A DNA stretch of 64,000 nt, taken from the human T2T-CHM13v2.0 reference genome, Homo sapiens. The stretch lies in the NCBI RefSeq assembly GCF_009914755.1, contig NC_060929.1; one strand, given 5' to 3'. Position 1 is the stretch's first letter. Each line of letters opens with the position of its first letter. The position numbers and the translations under genes are program-made. Below are positions 61,272 through 64,000 of this stretch, piece after piece. The notes beneath the pieces were generated by a model. That model was not told the origin of the DNA and did not search any database. It was given only the letters and a program-made list of their open reading frames with translations.

Positions 61272-62398
61272 TGTGTAGTTATTTAGAGGGGGGCATCATA
61301 AATTCCAGACGTGAAATGGTTATAGGAAAAAGGGTGGAGAGATTCTGAACTATGATTCTTCACTTATCTACTTTGGGAGAAAGGTGTCTGTAGTATAAGA
61401 ATCCTATCTATATGTATCTATAACTATACACATTTACATCTATATGTATGTGTACATCTGGATGCATGTGGATAGACACACATATATGCACATAACCACA
61501 CTGTGTTTATAATTAGCTGGCATTCTTAAAGGAAATTATTCTTTTTCTTAAGTCAAACATTTCTTTTCCTTTTAGTCTATTTACTACCGAACATCCTTTT
61601 GTGTAATTATACATAAAAAATAGGTAATATAACAGTTGTGCTCATATTGAGGAATAAATGATCTATACCTTTATTTCAATGCATCTGGGACAGGAAATAT
61701 CTATGCTTAATATTTATATGCTCTACCACATTGATTTGGAATTATAACCACAGCAAGTCCAAGTTAATTTATCATTTTGAAACAATTATTACCCTTCAAT
61801 TTGCTTTGTGAAAAATTACATGAACAAAACATGCAAGAACACAATTCAGAACTTGCATTAAGTGGTAAAAAATGGAAATAAAAAGGAGCAGTCAAACTAC
61901 ATCAATTTTCTTAAAATGAACAAAGTGCAACATTTCCACTTCAATTATTTGATGTTCCTACAAAATTTTGTATTAGGAAATTATTTTATTTAGTCACCCT
62001 AGAAGCTAGAAGAAGCAGCCATCAAATGAACTTAGGCTGTTTGTTTTGGGAAAACAAAATGTAAACATTTAGCGACAGAAAGTGAAGTGTAAGATTGTCT
62101 TAAAGCATCTTCCCATATGATGGGTTATTGGTTATTTCTCATTGGCTAATTGTACTGGACCTCAAAGAAGATGGAATAGGGAGTCACCAGGAAGCAAAGG
62201 GAGTAATTATGTTAAATAAAGGTTTTATTTAGCTTAAGGTTAATTAAACAGTCTTCCAAAAAAGAATGTGAAATAGCTCAGAAGCCACCTATTATAAACC
62301 AGAATCATAGTCCAGTTGATGGTATCATTTCAGTGTGAATTGGCCTGTTTGCAACTGACAAAATTTCACATATATCACATTGTCAGAGCTTCATAAAA

Positions 62399-62472
62399 TA
62401 TATATATATGTATATACACACACACACACACACACATATATAAATATATATATATATACACACACACATACA
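62399..62472. repeat. Compound (TA)n/(CA)n repeat
   Basis: Seen directly. Confidence 0.93.
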
Positions 62473-63511
62473 ATTTAAATATGTATTAATTTTAAGATCC
62501 CTATTGGGGACAGCCTTGTTATTAATACAGTGAAGAGCAGATGCTGTAGCATATGGCATACTAACTCATATTTATGTTAATTTTATGTAAATAGGATTTT
62601 AATACAGTTACATTAATCTGTTGTTGCATTGATTTTTCTGATATATCACTTTAGATGAGATTAATATAGGTAGTTTAGACTGCTGAAAAAGTCCTTTTTA
62701 GGAGAGTAAAGAGCAATGGCTTACTTAAATTTTTAACACATATGTTTAAATAGAATGTCAGTTCCATTGAAAAACTAAGAATATATCTAATTCTTGTTCT
62801 CTTGCGCAAATTTAAGCAGATTTTTAAAATACAAATGAAAAACAGTATGATGTTGGTGCAGAAGATAAACCTAAGTTTTTTTTTCAACTAAATAGCTATC
62901 AATTGAATACACAAAACAGACTGAAAGAAAATTCCCCAAATTATGTACTTAACGTGGGGATGCTATTTTCAAGTGTGTGTGTCTGTTTTTATAAGTTAAA
63001 ATATTAAGTGACCACTATTTATATTAAAGAGATCCTGTGCCATTGTATTTTAACATCTGCTTTTAGATTGTAAACACAAGATGTACCCTAGTTATTTTGT
63101 AAGCAATACAGTTTTAAGAATAGAAATATAATACCTAATGTTAATAGATGAAACAGAAAAAATTTACCTCTTTAGTTTACTCAGTATTGTACTAACATTA
63201 TATTAAATGAGATAGAAAATGGACTATTTGATACTACTTTGATATTTATAATGAATTACTATTAAATAGTATATTAACATACTGAGTTTTATTTCAATTT
63301 ATATCATGAACTATAACATTATTATACTATATCATCTCTTATAATCTAACATTAAAAGACATTTAAAATAGAGAATAAAAATCACCTAAATCTCATCCCC
63401 ATAATATAGTTTTGTTGGTTTAGGACCCGGATTTGAAGGATCCTAGGAAAGTAGATTGCTTCTAGCATTTGCCCACTAAAAACCAATAATTTTTAAGGTG
63501 ATTGACAGACA

Positions 63512-63648
63512 TTTTTTATTTTTTTATTTTAGTAGAGACGGAGTTTCACTATGTTGGCCAGGATGGTCTTGATCTCCTGAGCTCGTGATCCACCCACCTT
63601 GGCCTCCCAAAGTGCTGGAATGACAGGCGTGAGCCACTGCACCCAGCC
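63512..63648 (-). mobile_element. Alu left monomer only (Sc/Y-type diagnostics)
   Basis: tagtagagacgg...ccaggatggtcttgatctcctga.ctcgtgatcc; cagac on both flanks. Confidence 0.88.
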
Positions 63649-64000
63649 CAGACTTTTTTTAAAAAAGGTCAAGTTTATACTCATATAGCTATGAAGCAGG
63701 AATACATGCTATTTTGCTTTTGTGGTTTGATCAATTCAGTCAAGACCAAGTTAGATATTTAAAATTATACAATTCTAGACTAAGATGAGAAATGAATGTA
63801 AATTAATCCAGTATGAAGTCAACTTACAAAAGTAAATATAATCTTTAGTGATCTAAACATTAATGACATTTTTGTGAGACATTGATGGATATTTGAGTCA
63901 AGAACTGACACAGTAATGGAATAGAATTAATCTAAGTTCCTAATTCCCTAAATTTATGGACAAATCTAAATTTCAACAAGTAATTTTTACTCATTTGGAT

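Overview
AT-rich, CpG-depleted primate (very probably human) intronic or intergenic DNA. I cannot support any intact protein-coding exon, tRNA, rRNA or CRISPR-like array. The window contains about 20 Alu elements or fragments (J, S and Y lineages), old L1M/L2/MIR remnants, a twin-primed 5'-inverted L1P element (34.8-37.0 kb), four LTRs (THE1/MST-, MER21-, MER74- and MER83/84-like), MER53 and MER5 DNA-transposon remnants, microsatellites and one processed RPS15 pseudogene (minus strand, 29.83-30.34 kb). I found no wholly new biological system. The signals most worth checking are: (i) the RPS15 retrocopy, with about 30 retained CpGs, a locally templated 13-nt frameshift insertion that leaves a 168-aa chimeric ORF, and a diverged 2 x ~140-bp tandem duplication with clustered TTACGTGAG motifs directly upstream; (ii) a solo LTR with apparent strand-specific G>A hypermutation; (iii) an Alu fragment that seems to have been copied from a neighbouring Alu rather than retrotransposed; (iv) a tailless, TSD-less Alu inside the L1. 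Repeat subfamily names come from my recall of consensus sequences and need RepeatMasker/Dfam confirmation. Boundaries of old repeats are approximate.
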